From the human T2T-CHM13v2.0 reference genome, Homo sapiens, in NCBI RefSeq assembly GCF_009914755.1, contig NC_060932.1: a stretch of 64,000 bases of DNA. One strand, written 5' to 3'. A program made the translations under genes and the position numbers. The notes under the pieces were generated by a model that had not been told where the DNA came from, searched no databases, and saw only the letters and a list, made by a program, of their open reading frames with translations. Each line of letters begins with the position of its first letter. Position 1 is the first letter of the stretch. Below, piece after piece: positions 43,131-56,853 of this stretch.

Positions 43131-44291
43131 ATGCCACTGAGCAGTAGAAAAATGAGAAGTCTGAAAATGATTCTACGTAGTGCCAGCCTTCTGGGCAAGG
43201 CTTTGAAAGACCTCACTCTGACCTTCCTTTACAGAGTGATAAGTCCATGCAGTTAAAGCTAGAGAATATGCTCCACCCTCATATCATGCTCAGGGAAATT
43301 GGCATTTTGCAAAATCCCAAGACTGCTTCCATGGCCTGTGCTGGTATTTGTCTATGTCTGAACCAAGGTGAATAATGCTACTTACTAACCTGAGGAATGA
43401 TCAAGGAGTGGCTCTTGGGTGAAAGCCAGGAGGGTGGATTTAGACAGAGCTTGGAAGGTCACATTGTGGTGGACATGGATGTGCCTATGAGATGCTGAGA
43501 GAACACAAAGGAAGCAGGCTGTGGAGACCAAGGGCCAGGTGGCAGTCCTCCTACTTCTCTATGCTTTTGGTGAAGGAGTCTGAGATTCTAAATTTAAACC
43601 CACTCTTCAGTTTCTATGAAGGTATATTTGCCAAGAAAGTATGATAGAAAGTTTTATGACTTGTTAGCTTGACTTACAAATTTCAAATATTAGGTTAGAT
43701 GGTATGGAGGTCTCCATTTGTATTCCTGCCCTAAGCTCTGAAAAGATAGCAACAGACCTGATTGTGAAAACTAAAAAGAGACACTTCAATGGAGAATTAT
43801 GAAAAAGTTCATTATGATCATTCAGTTTGATACAAACTACATAGTGATCACATTAATTGAATAAATAGAAATATAGAAATAATAGAAAGTATAAATCACT
43901 CACAGAGATATAAACTCAAGAAATCCAAAGGTTTTCACCTCTCTGAGCATCTCTCCAAACCTTTTTATCAAAAACATTAAGAAATTAGACATAGCTGAAA
44001 ATAAGTGCTGAAAATATACATGAAAATAAGTGCTGTGAATTTGGCTATACGGCTTTTATTGTGCATTAGATACTGTGTTGAAATCTCTTCATATTCAATT
44101 TCAGAAGTAAAAATATGGGTCATTAGCTCAAGCCAAGAAATGTAGAATATCCAGTCTCCATTTCACCCATTTTTAATTTTCAAAATCATATGGATTCTAA
44201 AAATTCTATTTCATTCAGAAAAGGTGACTATTTCTTTCAGTTCAACATCTCCATTATCCTTTACGGAAAAAGTAACTTTGCCACTACAGAC

Positions 44292-44610
44292 TTTTTAATT
44301 TTTTTAATTGACATATACCATGTATGTTTTTATCATGTACAACATGATGTTTCAATGTATATATACATTATGGAATAGTTAAATATAGCTAATTAACAAA
44401 TGTATTACCTCAAATATTTATTATTTTGTGATGAGAACACTTATCCTTTCTTTTCAGTTTTTGAAGAATACAGTCATCGACTATAGTCACCTTGCTGTAC
44501 AATAGAGCTCTTGAATTTATTCCTCCTAACTGTAATTATGTATCCTTTGACCAACACATCCCCCTCTCCCCCTTTTCCCTAACCACCAAGCCTCTGGTAA
44601 CCACCTCCTA
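44292..44610 (-). mobile_element. L1MA-type 3' end fragment, antisense
   Basis: tttttaattgacatata..tatcatgtacaacatgatgttt..ctatagtcaccttgctgtacaatagagctcttgaatttattcctcctaactg..cctctggtaaccacc. Confidence 0.8.
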
Positions 44611-45404
44611 CTAGAGATTTTTGACTCAGAAGCCTTTTAAAAAGGGAGTAAAGGGTAACTGCATTTAAAGGTGAATTTGTTTAATAATCACCGCTGTTCA
44701 TCCTAAATTTTGGGTTACATCACACACAAAAAAAAATACTGCAAAATGTTTCTCCAAGTTCTAGGCAGATAAAAGTCATCAATCAATCTAAATATATGAA
44801 ATTCAAGTAAATAAATGGCAAAAGATGGCAATATGGCTGAGCTTTTGCCAAAATATGCTCAGGAGAAAACAAAAGGGAAATAATAGATGTTTCAGCATTG
44901 CACTGAGAGGAATTTTTAAAAATCACCTATTTGCAACCCAGTCCTTGACATTCACTCACCATCTATCTCCTCACCTAGAATAAATGTTTTATTATTGCAG
45001 ATGCCTACACGTAGAATAGTCTTGACACTTGGTAGGAGCTCAGTGGTAGACATATGTTAAATAAATAAATGAATCAATATATCAGTTAATCAATGAGCAA
45101 ATAGATTTTATTTCTTAAATTCACTTGCTAGTTCTCACTTATCATATTTTTATTTATTTTAGGCTATGAGCACATTAATTAATGCTTCTTACAGCTGCCA
45201 AATTTTCTCCTTTAATTCTTGTTTTGGTGTTTCCTTTCCATTTTTTCCCACGTAAAGCACTTTCATATATAAAATTTCAGAGAGCTTAAAAAAGTGAAAT
45301 GTCAATCCAGATAACATAGTTACAGCCACCACCACATTTATCCTTTTTAAATAAAGCTAGTATAATTCAATATACCATATTTTATTAATACTATCTTAAA
45401 TAAT

Positions 45405-45570
45405 TTTTTTCTTTTTAAATTTTATTTTATTTTAGATTCAGTGGTATATATGCAAGTTTGTTACATGGATGTATTGCATAATGGTGGGTTTTGAGCTTCT
45501 AGTCCAATAGTCTATCATCCAAGTAATGACCACTGTATGCATATGTAACTTTTTAACCCTTACCTCCAAG
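45405..45570 (-). mobile_element. L1PA16/L1PB-type 3' end fragment, antisense
   Basis: ttttagattcagtggtatatatgcaagtttgttacatggatgtattgcataatggtggg. Confidence 0.7.
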
Positions 45571-48500
45571 AAATCTTTATTTTACTTTCTTTTCATTGTT
45601 CTATATGATACAAACTAGATCGTGATCACATTAATTAAATAAATTAATATAAAACAACAATTGAAAAAATAAATAACTCACAATGATACCATCTCAAGAA
45701 ATTCAAATGTTTTCACCCCTCTGGGTACCTCTGTAACCCTTTTATCACAAAGATAAACCTCTTGTTTTACTTAGTAGGCCAAATCTGCCCCAAGTTTCAT
45801 GTTGGAAGAGCAAATCACAATTTTCAAATGCTTCTAACAGAACAACATATTCATGTATCTAGAAGGGGACTGTGTAACATCTAGCTTTACTTTTTAATTG
45901 CTCTTCTTCTGAGTTGGAGTGCTGTGCTGTTTGCCAAGAACTGAGAATGAAGAGGAAAATAGCAAGAGCCTCCTTGAGAAAGAACAGAGGAGAAAGCTAT
46001 CTAAAAGGGAAATCAAAACTAAGAATTGCAGATAAAAAGAAAAAGACGTGTGAAGTTAATAGTGTTCCATTACTATGAGTTGAAGTTTAAAAAACAGTGA
46101 ATACTTCAGACTTCTGTAAACAAATGCAAAGCAGTATCCTATCCTTGCAGATCCAAAATATGAGGTAAGTAATTAACCTTCAGATTGTCAGAACTGATAC
46201 TCAGTCATCATCACTGTGTCTCTAGTGGTATTAACCCCAAAGGAAAACGTAATTCTTGTTGCTGTCACTCTCATTTGTGGCCCGAAATCACAGAGAAAAA
46301 GTTCTTTTCTGCTTCTTTTTCAACACAGAATGCTGCCTATGAATTTTATTTGTGCAGAATAATAAACTAGCTGAAATGTCTTCTGAATGATATCATTTCA
46401 GAGTCCAGATTTAGGTATCACATTATCACATATTGAAATTCAATTCATACATGTTACTGATCAATTGAGACACTGTCCAAATTCCTGTGGCTGGTTGACA
46501 CACATTCAAAGTAACTATTGTGGGATTCTTAGGAATACCAAACTGATAGTTGCCCTCCAGTATATTGAAGTTATGAGTTTTTAAACATCATTTCTCACCA
46601 TATGCATTTCTCAGTTTCACACAATAAAAAAAATCATAAGTCCTCAAATTATCTATATAAACTTGTTCTCCACCCTTGATATAGAGAGAGTTGAATAAAC
46701 AAAATCTCTTTACTTACTTAGAATAAACCCATCAGTTGTCTGGGCAAAAAATTATAAGACACTTCTGTTGTTTTCTTAATATACACAAAAACTATAAAAT
46801 GAGTATTTTCCTCTACAAACTTCATGAATTTTCTTGGTACTCATTTTCTTCATTTTAAATAACATTTTGATATGATTGTGATCCTTCTGTCTATATGCAT
46901 AGAAATACGCTGCTATTAGTTACATGAAGATTACTACTGCAATCCTAATGGCTTTGTCTTACCCATTAATATATTCATAGTGATTAAGCTAAAATAAATC
47001 AGCACGAAAAAGCCTTACCTTTTAGGGCAAATATGTCTACCTCACAGAATCAATAATGTATTATTAGTGTGTCTAACAGACTTTCTACCTAAATACTGGT
47101 TCTGTTACCACTTTTCAAAAAGAGCATATAAAAGGTCTGTTTGTTCACTTTTCACTAAAATATTTGTCTCGTATTGGTTCTTTTATTAAGTTACATTCCC
47201 GTCTTAAGATACTTCAGACACAATGACCCCACCAAAAGATGTAGAACCACAATCGAAAGTGAATATTTAGTAACAAATGCATCATGAAAAAAATTTTTAA
47301 AGATTTTAGATAACAGCATTTTGAAAATTTTATTTCTTCTTTGGAAGATAACAAGAGCCACATATTTCATTCAAAAAATGATTTGAGGGTAAGAAAAGGC
47401 TTGTTTTATCTTGCCTGAGTAATAGATTTTTTTCTTTTGCTGAATTCTCTGCGTGAATAACAAGAGTGGCAGCCATTTTCTCCCAGCTCAACATCAAAAC
47501 CCCTTTCATCTGCTGTCTAAACGCAAACAAAGCAAACCTTCCACCAGGCCTTTCTTTCCAGATAAATTAAAACTCTCATGTCCTGGGGCCTAAATCAAGC
47601 CTACAGGCCTTCCCTAGATAAATCCGCTCTCAACCTGAAATCTTCTTGCCACACGTGCTCCTTGTAAGATAATTTTGCAGTAGCTAATCAATAATGCAAC
47701 AGTAAATTGCATTTAAATAAACATTAGCAGCCCCTCTTAATGAATAAAACCTCATCTGCAATTTGTCAAAGTCAGAAATATTGGACTCTTTTGATATTCA
47801 TTAGAATATTGGAAATTGGAGCTTTGACAGGTTTTATGTACATTGCAATTACCATCCTGTGGGGGGTTGGGAGATACTAAAAAAAGGCTTACTTTTATAC
47901 ATCCCGGACGGAATATAGTGGAACATACAGCAGGTTTCTAGACTGGAATTCATATGTCTGCTACCACCCTGGTTAAAAATATATTGAGATAATCCTGCTT
48001 TCCATTGCAAATTATGAGGCAACCAAGTTGTATGTACCTCATTTGAATTTTCTGACTTTAGAAGAAAAAAATGTAGAAATCTTTATTCTGAAATGATGAG
48101 GAAGAGGAAAACTACTCTTGATTTGATATCGCGTATATGATTATTTTTATATTTCACTGAAGAAAGTCATTATTGCTAAGAAATTCTGAAATAATTATAG
48201 AAATTAAGAATAATCATTGGCTTTCAGACCTAATATTTTAAATTTATAAAAATCCTTTCTAATAATGTATATTTTAATATAGATTATGAATGTTATGTCA
48301 GGCTTAATAAGTATAATTCATTGACACTCTCTTCTATTATTCTACAGAATGCTCACTTAAGAGAATGACTATTACTTAAAAAGTGCTTTAAACAGAACTG
48401 AACAGTGCTAAGACATATGTTTGAGCTATACTGTGGGAGACAGAACATAAAGTTACATCCATTTCTTGTCATATTTTCAGGTATTCGGTAATACTAAAAA

Positions 48501-49614
48501 AAAATTTGATATTATTTTCTATATCCTAAATGAATTATATTTTAGAGGTCCAGACTAGAACACTCACAATCAAAATTAACATCATTTTAAAACTATGAAA
48601 ATAAATAAAATGCCTTCTATTTTAGAAAAATTCCAAAGCAATTAGCGTGGGAACAAAATGGAATAATACTATATATAACATAAGTATTTGCTTGAAGAAG
48701 GAAACTGTTATTTGGAAATATCATTAGAAACAATGACATTCTAAATTTATATATTCTTTATATAATGTCATCAGAGTAAAAAAGAAAAGGGAATTATCAT
48801 ATTACAGATGGAAAATCTGAGTGTCAAAGGACAACCAATCAGTCAGGGTTACACCCAAGCACTAGTCTTCAAAGTAAACAATAAGGTCCTATGCCATTTC
48901 CCCAGTTCTCATAACAAGTAAACGTTTGAACAAATGACCAAAATAGGCTGACAAAGAGAAATTAAGGCTGAGAATGCAAAACTGAGTCAGCATGGTCTTT
49001 TTGACCCCATACAAAACAGCTTTCGAAACATTCACACTTTCATACAGCTAATTATTGGTAAGGACAACTCTAAATGATATGTTCAAAAGGATTTAATTTA
49101 AACATGAGAAAATGGTTAGTGTTATAATTTGTTAACCTTTCTATCAGCCTCAACTAATAGTGACAGGTATTCCAATGTACCTGCAGAGACTCCAGTGGCG
49201 TTCGATATGTCAAGCATCACGAGGCATGCCTATTGCAAGCAACAGGCATCACAGAAACATCTGCTAACGTTTACCTCTCTCAACGTTTAAAAGTAAATGA
49301 AGATGCAGAACCCAGAAAACCTTACAATGGGAAATGGTTATAAGCCAGTCAAAAGTATGGGACTTATTCCAATTAGCTGTGCCCTTCTTATCTTCTAGAA
49401 AAGAAAAATGGATGGAACAATACTTACCACATCACAAAAATTTGAAGCTCCATTCAAGACTACATTAAAATAACTTAGAAAAGTACTGTAACCTTAAGGG
49501 ACAAAGTAGTTATTAGAAATACCCTGGTCCTTGACTATTGAGAATGAAAATGACCTAAAAGATGTGTGCTTCTATTAAAAATTTAGAAACTCAATATTAT
49601 TTTTAAAAACCCAC

Positions 49615-50759
49615 ACATTTTAAATGTTAGAGCTAAAACTCTAAAACTCTTAGGAGGAAACATTGAAGCAAATCTTAGTGAACTTGAGTAAGACAATGGT
49701 TTCTTAGATAAAACAACAAAAGCACAAGCCAAAAAAGAAAAAAATAAGTTTGACCTTATCAAATTAAAAACTTTTGCATGTCGAAGACCTATCATCAAGG
49801 AAATTAAAATATAAACTATAAAATAGAAGAAAATATTACAAATCACAATAAGTAAAGAACACAACTCAACAGAAAAAAAAAGAAAAAAAACAGTTAAAAC
49901 ATGGGTAAAAGATTTAAGTGGACTTTTGAATGGAGAGAAGATACACAAATGGCCAATAAGCACATAAAAGGATCCTCAACATCATTTGTCATCAGAAAAA
50001 TCCACAACAAAAATCACAATGCAATACCCCTTCACATCACTAGTTTGAGTCCAATCAAACATAAGAGTAATAACAAGTGTTGGTAAGAATGTAGAGAAAC
50101 TGGAACCCTCAGAAACTGCTGGTGGGAATGTAGATGCTGTGGAATTTTTGACAATTCCTCAAAAAGTTCAACATGGAGTTATCGTATGACCCAGAAATTC
50201 TACTCCTAGGTATACACCCAAGATAAATGCAAACATATTTCCACACAAAAATTTGTGCACAAATGTTCATAGCAGCATTATTCAGAATAGCTAAAAAGTG
50301 GAAACAACCCAAATGTCTATCAATTGATGAATGTGTAAACAAAATGTAGTATATTTATATTATAAAATATTATTCAACAATAAAAAGAAGTGAAGTACTG
50401 ATACATGCTACAACATAGATGAACCCTGAATACATTATACTAAAGTAAATAAATCCAGAAACACACACACACACACAGAAAAAAACACATATTGTATGAT
50501 TCCATTTATATGAAACATCCAGAATAGGCAAATCCATACAAACAGAAAGTAGATCAGTGGTTTACAGGGGCAAGATGGAAAGGGAAACAGGAATGACTCT
50601 AATGGGTATTGAGTTTCTTTTGGGGGTGATGAAAATATTCTAAAGTTAGATCACTGTAAGGGTTGAGCAACTCTGTGAATATTATGAAAACCACCAAATT
50701 GTAGATTTGCAAAGGGTAAATTTTATGGCATGTGAATGATATCCAATAAAGCTATGATT

Positions 50760-50762
<3 letters not shown>
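49615..50762 (+). mobile_element. L1MB-type 3' end
   Basis: gagctaaaactctaaaactcttaggagg through atacatgctacaacatagatgaacc..ggggtgatgaaaatattctaaagttaga..caataaagct. Confidence 0.88.
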
Positions 50763-50801
<39 letters not shown>

Positions 50802-50806
50802 ACACA
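50763..50806. repeat. (CA)n microsatellite at the L1MB tail
   Basis: About 22 CA units with one TA interruption. Confidence 0.97.
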
Positions 50807-50999
50807 GAGGAGGTGGGGGAGGGGCTAAATTCAAGTTATTTCTTAATTCAGAATTTGCTTAGATGCTCAGCTTTTCCATTCATCAACTGGTTCATTCTGG
50901 GGATGGGGTCTTTTATTACTAATGAACCTAGAGCCCCTACGATCTGGCCAATTATAAGTGTTCAAGATACAGGAACACTGCAGTTAAAAGTATGGACTC

Positions 51000-51185
51000 A
51001 GCAACTAAACTGAATGAAACCCTGACTGAAGCACCTAGAAGCTGTCTGTCCTTGGCCAGGTTATTAATCATTCTGTGCTAAAGTGTTCTCATCTGTAAGA
51101 TGGAGGTAATAAGAAGTATCTGCCTCATGGGAGTTGTCATGAGTTCTAATGGAGTTAATATAAGTAAAGTGCTGGGAGCACTTGA
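51000..51185 (+). mobile_element. MIR
   Basis: gtttctcatctgtaagatggaggtaataagaagtatctgcctcatgggagttgtcatgag..gttaatataagtaaagtgct. Confidence 0.8.
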
Positions 51186-52419
51186 GATGTTTAAGGCTTC
51201 AGTATCTGAATGTCAAAGGGGTAATAGTTTCTCAAAATTCTTCAATTGTCCCAGCACTATAAATTTGAAATAATAACTATTAGATCACAATGTTTAGACT
51301 CAGCCATGAAGATTTTTAAGTAGAGACATTAGAAAGTCATATTTACTGCAATATAGAAATGTAAACAAGTGATATTTATGTTGATATAAGTCATTGACAA
51401 AGTCTGGCCTATCTGTGGATGGCATGCTCATATGGAATATAGTGAGGGGGCCCCTGTGCAAGGATAGGAGAAAGTTTGATTCAGGCATGAAAAATTAATT
51501 TGAATTGAAACAATTATTTTGTAATTATGTGTTTAAAATGCTAGAATTTCCTTAAAGTAGCAATTTACCCTTCGATGCTAACAGCCTAGCTCATTGTGGG
51601 TGTTTGATTAAAAAGTCTCCTAAATGTTAAAAAATAATGCACAAGTAATTTTTCAAAATCATTTAACTTGTTTGGTTTAATTTTTCAGTCCCAAATAAAG
51701 CTTGTCTCGGTATTTGGGCAAGACCATTTTGATAATTTACTTATAAACAACGAGATATTCTCATATACTATACATACTAATGATATAAATCAGAATAAAA
51801 CACTTATTTTGCTATGCCCCCTAATAAGGAAAAAATGTGTAGGAAGGGAAGAAGAAAGGTTGATGAAGGTCACATCGCTTATAAGTGGCTAGGTCAGGAC
51901 TCAAAACCGTCCTCTGTTAAATCGCAGACCCAATATCTCTCTGTTGCACCAAGGATCCCACACTTTTTCAACAAAAGAAACTACTTACAACAAAACTATG
52001 ACGGTATCATGGATCACACATCACATGACAGTAATTTTTCTTTTTGTATCTGCTGAGATAAAACAAAGACAAAATGCTGTATAAGTTTCGTAGCACTATT
52101 AAATTATATTTTATTAATTACATCCACTTCTACATATATTTGAAAAATATATTAATAATAACATGTGCAATTAATTGTACAGAGTAGGCTACTATGGCTG
52201 TAGCCCATTCAAAACTCTCTTCATAATTCTCTGGTGATTTTCACCATCTATCTTCCATATCAAAGAACTGATATTCAAGTCACTGTTTGAGTTTTGATCG
52301 GCTTTATTTCAAAGACTGTAAGCAGATACACTTAAAATAGGCCAAGCAGAAAGGTAACTTGGGATACTGTTTTTAACCACAAAATATGAAATCTTAATGC
52401 ACCAGTAGGTGATTTAAGA

Positions 52420-52575
52420 GTTAATAGGCTAAAAAATGAAGAAGAAACAAGAGAATTAGAATATCCTCACTTTTCAGCCCTTAATGAATTAAGGAATCTA
52501 GGCAATGTTCATCAACTACCACTAATGGCACAAATAGTCAGATATGTGTGTGTCCTGATAAAGCAGTGTTAATCC
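52420..52575 (+). mobile_element. L1MC4/5-like 3' UTR fragment
   Basis: ctaggcaatgttcatcaactaccactaatggcacaaa..cagatatgtgtgtgtcctgat resembles remembered L1MC 3' UTR sequence. Confidence 0.45.
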
Positions 52576-52859
52576 AGTCAACCAGTAACAAAAAAATCCT
52601 AAATTTGAAAAAAAAAAAAAAAAAAGAGTTCATAGGGCCAGCTAAGCTAGTTGGGATATGTCCAAAATGAAGCCATTGTATAGCGTATGCCCTGGGATTT
52701 GGGTTAACTACCTTTACTTGTGGCCCCCAGATGACTCCCAGCCTAGAGGATACCTAAGACTTGACTATGAAAAGTTCAATAGAGAAGGAAAGAAACAACA
52801 ATTAAGCATTCAGCATAGCAGGTGAATCATATACCTTCTATGATATGAGTTTGGCATGG

Positions 52860-53010
52860 CTACTCTGTTTTTACAGTTGAGGAAACAGCCTTGGTGGATT
52901 TCAGTAGCTTTCCCTCAATGACACAATTCATAAAATGCAAAACCAGGATTCTAACCAATCCAGCTACAGAAAGATCTAAATCCCATGATCTTTCTGCTAT
53001 CCCATGCTAC
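52860..53010 (-). mobile_element. MIR
   Basis: ttttacagttgaggaaacag..acacaattcataaaatgcaaaaccaggattctaacc. Confidence 0.65.
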
Positions 53011-53908
53011 TCTTGAACAAATCCATTTATAAGGGAACACACAAAGTAACTTTCAAAGCCCACCCACAGATCTCCAAAATCGAAGCCAACTCGAAATTAC
53101 AGTTGGATAACTTCAATAAAGGTATGTAACTAATTCTTCCTAGAGCAAGGAAAAAAATTCCCCAAGGATTGTCAAGGCTAGATTACGGAACGTGACTGAG
53201 AGTTAAAGATTTGGCCTCCTGTACTGAGTTCAGTAATTGAATGTCTTGGATGAACTCACTTAACTTTTGGGTACTGCAGTTTTCCCAGCTATGAAATGAG
53301 AATTGCCAAATGAAAATTTTGGACCTTCAAACCTTCACTAGGTAATACAAGAAAGCTTTGCCATATGAAATCCCAAGAATTTCTATAAGAACTGTAAAGA
53401 TAAATATAAGACACCAAAAAACACATTAATATGACCTAAATATCTTGTAAGAGGAGCATTTTAAAATTTAACTTAAAGTTAAGGACTTTCTGTTTTAGGG
53501 TGTTATAATTAATTTCTCATTTACACTAAGCTGCTTTGTTCCTATAATCCAAATTTAAATAAAGACATATTTTATATAGTTCAATTACCAAGAAGAAAGT
53601 AAACATTTTAACCAACAAGAGTATATGCTTATCTCTCTTTGACCAATAAAATCATTGTTTCTGAAAATATTCATATCACATGTAGTGATATAAATTTTGA
53701 AGTTTAAAATCTATAATAGAAGCAACTTTAAACATAGGTACAACGAGTAATGGTAAGTAGTATTCAATTCCTGATGGACACAGCACTTTATAATATTGGT
53801 TTCTGTAGAAATCAAATCAATAATAAATAATCTCAGAGCTAACAAAAGGGCTGCTAATGTGTAGGTAGTCCCAGAAGAGCAGTATGCAGCTACCCTTAGT
53901 ATAGAGCA

Positions 53909-53948
<40 letters not shown>

Positions 53949-54565
53949 TGTGTGTGTGTATATATATACTGTATATATATATATACTGTATATATATATA
54001 TACTGTGTGTGTGTATATATATACTGTATATATATATATACTGTGTGTGTGTATATATATACTGTATATATATATATACTGTGTATATATATACTGTATA
54101 TATATACTATATCTATACATATATATACTATATAGTATATATAGTATATATATACTATATATACTGTATATAGTATATATACTATATATACAGTATATAC
54201 TGTATATATACTATATATAGTATATACAGTATATATACTATATATACAGTATATACAGTATATATATAGTATATATGCAGTATATACAGTATATATAGTA
54301 TATATACAGTATATATAGTATATATATGTATATATATAGTATATATAGTATATATATAGTATATATATTATATATACTATATATAGTATATATATAGTAT
54401 ATATAGTATATATAGTATATATATACTATATATATAGTATATATAGTATATATGCTGTGTGTGTATATATATACTGTGTGTATATATATATATACTGTGT
54501 GTGTATATATATATACTGTGTGTGTATATATATATATATATACTGTGTGTATATATATATATACA
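53909..54565. repeat. Compound (TA)n-based minisatellite with CTGTGTG, CAG and TAG interruptions
   Basis: About 657 bp of TATATA runs punctuated by ctgtgtgtg, ctg, cag, cta and tag. Confidence 0.97.
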
Positions 54566-56508
54566 CCTTTAGTAAATTAACTAAATTTAGTAAAGTAAAT
54601 TTAGTAAATTAACTTTATTATCCTTCCAAGCCCTTTTATGGGAAGAGGAGAGCTTTTGTTCCATCTTGTTTTTCTCACGTATATATTCGCCAATTCCTTT
54701 TGTCTAGAAATTGCTAGATCTAGTAATTTTAGTTGTACTTGGGACTAGCTACTAACAAATTCACATTGCTACTAGGTGACAAGATAAATGGATTGCCAAG
54801 GGAAACGTTCCACTCCCAAATAAAATTTTTTCGTACAGTATCAGTATATTTCTTGTAAAACAGTATTACGCACAATAATGGGAATTTATTGAGATGCAGA
54901 TAATTTTCCAGACATGCAGGATTTCCAGGGACACTGGGTATTCACATAACTATCAGTTTATTTTAATCTCCCAAACATCTTGGTGAATCCACCTAAATCC
55001 CACTTAAAGTACATAATATTTCTTCTTGCCCAAGTTTCCTTATTCCAAATGTTATCTCTTTTGAGAGGAAGCAGGCATTTGGTGAACAGAGTTCTTGAAA
55101 AAGAGCAAAGCAGTCTCTTTGGGGATTCTCACTGGAGCCTCCAGGGAACAACTGGGGAGACTACGGCCATGAAACAGACCGGGACAGCTGGCAGGCTCTC
55201 TTTTCTCTTTTGCTTATTTTTTTTCTTTCCATGCAGGGTGACATTCCCCACCCCCACATCTTCCTTTCCTCAGAAATCTTTTTAATCCTCTCTTACAATA
55301 CCTGCCTCTTTGGAGGGACAGAACTTTTCTACCCTACCATCAATACCTACAGGAGCCAGGGATTCTGCTTCCACCTGTTTAAAAAAAAAAAAAAAATCCT
55401 AAACACTTTGAGGTTTGTGCACCCAAATTGCCATGGACTATCCTGACAATTCTGATAGCCTTCCTATACCTCCTGTGGGTTGTTCCCAAACTGTGCCTTT
55501 CTCCATTTCACCTGTCCTTAACATTTCCAGATGGATAAATATGGAATTTAGAATTTGATCTCTTATTTTTTAAAAAGAGATCAGACACTTTTCTTGGAAA
55601 ATACTTTCAATTCAATAATCAATTTAAAAAAGGGAGTCAATTTGTGAAGATTCAGTTGAAAATAATTATTTTTTTCCATTTTCTAACACAAACTTTTTGA
55701 ATACATTATTTTGTGAGTCATTCTCATTTTTGATGAGTTACAGTCATATTTCATTATCGGTTTGCTAGTGAATGACTTACTAACTGAACTTTTTAAAATA
55801 AATTGGCACGGTTAAATATATCTTTGTAATAGAAGGCATTCTCCTTTAGGGTTAGGGCTGCTTATTTATTTATGCAGGGTCTCTCGGTGCAGATGGGACA
55901 TAACCTTGTCTTGCATAGTAATGACGAAAAAACAAAAACAAAATCAACCAGCACAGAGATTGATGGCCGTTCTTTCTTTAATCAAGACTAGGCTAAGCTT
56001 ATCATAGTTTTAAATTTTTGAATAATAAACAAATATTATAAATACAATCAATAAATAATCTTGGGAGTATAAGAAAAATTACAATGAGAGAGAATATTCA
56101 GTAAGAATAGCTCAACCTTTTTACCAAATTATTTCACTCTGCTGGACCTCAGTTTACTCATATGAGAAACAGGTGGTCGAATGAAATAATTTCTAAAGTC
56201 CATTTCTGATTAGGAGATGTTCTTAGGAGATGGGTCTCATCCTAAGCATCAGAAATTATTCCTTTTGTTATTTGACCTTGACTCAATATGAATAAGGAAT
56301 TTTGTCTCTAAATGTAATGAAAATAACGTCTGAAATGGTGTTTCATAACACTTGAATAATAATATACTAAAATCTTAAAGACACTGGCAGTTTAGGTGAG
56401 TTCAAATATTAGTAAGTTTGTAGCTCTAAGGAAGCTTCTGTATAATATTTCCAAGAGGAAATTAGGGTGAGGGATTCACTGGTTTCTCCTGGCTATTAAG
56501 AAAACGGG

Positions 56509-56853
<345 letters not shown>

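Noticed and set aside
43150-43765. Possible hAT-Tip100-like DNA transposon relic
   Set aside because: The right end resembles remembered Tip100-type termini, but I could not find a matching left terminus or a TSD.
46151-46164. Possible 14-nt microexon (ttgcag|ATCCAAAATATGAG|gtaagt)
   Set aside because: The splice sites look good, but the length is not a multiple of 3, the pyrimidine tract is short and no partner exons are visible.
53070-53121. Possible 52-nt exon (ISKIEANSKLQLDNFNK) ending AAG|gtatgt
   Set aside because: Poor polypyrimidine tract, unrecognised peptide, and located between MIR fragments.
53896-54220. Tyr/Ile-rich ORFs
   Set aside because: Translations of the TA repeat.
55846-55857. 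(TTAGGG)2
   Set aside because: Two units are expected by chance and do not make an interstitial telomere.
56203-56255. Small hairpin with a duplicated ttaggagatg
   Set aside because: Short, imperfect and adjacent to a MIR end. Not distinguishable from background.
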